A DNA stretch of 64,000 nucleotides, taken from NCBI GenBank assembly GCA_028534125.1, contig CM052817.1:24802001-24866000 (forward strand), written 5' to 3'. Position 1 is the stretch's first letter. Each line of letters begins with the position of its first letter. Both the position numbers and the translations under genes were made by a program. This stretch comes from Lama glama. Lineage: Eukaryota. The notes under the pieces are model-generated. The model was not told the origin of the DNA, ran no database searches, and saw nothing but the letters and a program-made list of their open reading frames with translations. Shown piece by piece: positions 62,460 to 64,000 of this stretch.

Positions 62460-64000
62460 TACCAAATATGTTTCTTTTCTAAAATCTGTTTTATGTGTAA
62501 TTGAAATAGCCAGAAAGCCTATACAGTTACTAAATTCTGGGCTATCATATCTAGGGTAGCCACTTTTACATATATGTATATTTACATTTCGATCATTTGC
62601 TTATAAAATAAGTAAATGAACAGATCAAATGTTGTGTTTAGGGAAAATACAATTTACAGGAACCTTTAAAGTGGAGCAGAAGATACTTTAAAAAGATAAG
62701 GTTTTTTTGATTTAAAACTTCTTAGTTCTAATAATGCACCATTGTACATCATGTATGTGCTAGGGAAAAATAGCTTAACAATCTATGTTCAGTATGTTAA
62801 CATTCCTTTTATCTCTTTAAATCTTGAATCAAACAGTTGGTTATGTGAAACTTGCAGAGTAGATTATTGCGGTTTTTTGCGTTAGCACAACTTAATGTAA
62901 TTCTTAGTCCAAAGGCAGCAAGAAGTAACTGCAGTCACTACCTGACCTTGATTTTTCTTTTTGCCTTGTTGTCTTATGTTATCACATTGTAAAACCAGAC
63001 TTTTCCAGGTTCATTATTTAATCTGTGCCTTCTACCCTCCTCGTAACTGATGGCCTTATAACCTTCCAGAATGACGCCCACTGAGTACCCATGACCTAGG
63101 ACCAAAGTGTTCTTTATATACTTTTTAAATTGTATGTGATTTTTTTTTATTTTTCAAGGAAGTGATTGCCCATTATTATTATTATTAACTTAAATGGTTA
63201 TTAACAGTTTCAGAACGAGGAAAAATTACAGTCCTATTGACAGTTATGTTTCTAATGTAAAGGAAAGAATAGTTGTATATCCCACTGACACACCATGTGT
63301 GCCCTCCCAGAGCTCTTACATCTACAACATTCAGTATATTCAGTCGGCTGCTTCGTTGTAGAAGCCATATTTATTTTTGTTTGATAATATCTTCTAGTCT
63401 TAAACTGTACTCTGGAAAAAAGAAATGTTAGATCTGTGTCCTTTCTCCAGACATTTTTTTTTTTAGCACAAAAACTACCCCATGACAGTTTGTTTCTGGA
63501 AATGTGAAAGTGATTAAGATCCAGTCCTGCTTGATGGAGCTCAGGGTCTAACTGGAGGGCTAGTGAGTAACTAGAGTACAGATTCTGTAACAGAGTCATT
63601 TGCAAAGGACTCGGGCTTGAGAATTGTGAGAGAGGGATTCATTCTGCCCAGAGGAGTAACTGGCACCTGGGGATGGAGGGGAATGTCTTCTGGGCACAGA
63701 GCACAGCATTAGCAAAAGCCTAGAGGTGCTGGCACGTGTGGTGGGAAAGGGAGGAGGAGAGATGGTAAAAACGGAACCCAGATATAAACTTCAGGGTCTG
63801 CGCCACTTCTCTGCCACTCACATGAGCCATTCAGTTGGACCTAGAGGAGAGCCTCCTCTATTTCTCACTAATTCTTCAACTTTTTCTTGTTATTATGGGA
63901 AGCAGGGTAGCAACATGTGTGTAAAACTTGCAAGAGAAGGCCCCAGCATTCTATCTAACCTTGGTCCATTCTGAACCAGCTCCGTGACCATGGTCAGGTC

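Noticed and set aside
1..64000. CRISPR arrays or prokaryotic defence systems
   Set aside because: The sequence is mammalian; no repeat-spacer arrays or operons were seen.

Overview
Mammalian genomic DNA, most likely a camelid, because it carries several tRNA-derived SINEs resembling the Tylopoda vic-1 family. The right half holds a complete 14-exon PGM2 gene (phosphoglucomutase-2/phosphopentomutase) on the + strand. Its CDS runs 32570-62153 (1809 nt spliced, 602 aa, all introns GT-AG with consistent phases) behind a CpG-island promoter. The apparent ancestral start codon reads ACG (32534), so the first AUG is 12 codons downstream. The left half looks intergenic and repeat-rich. However, manual translation of its non-repeat islands reveals what appears to be a heavily decayed, intron-containing gene on the + strand (about 3119-19940). 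It would have encoded a string of ubiquitin-like (UBL) domains followed by a DUF1771 + Smr nuclease module, the C-terminal module of N4BP2/NONU-1/Cue2. There is also a 154-bp, 98%-identical inverted repeat at 17437-18084. Comparisons to ubiquitin, N4BP2, human PGM2 and repeat consensus sequences are from memory and by eye; no searches were run.
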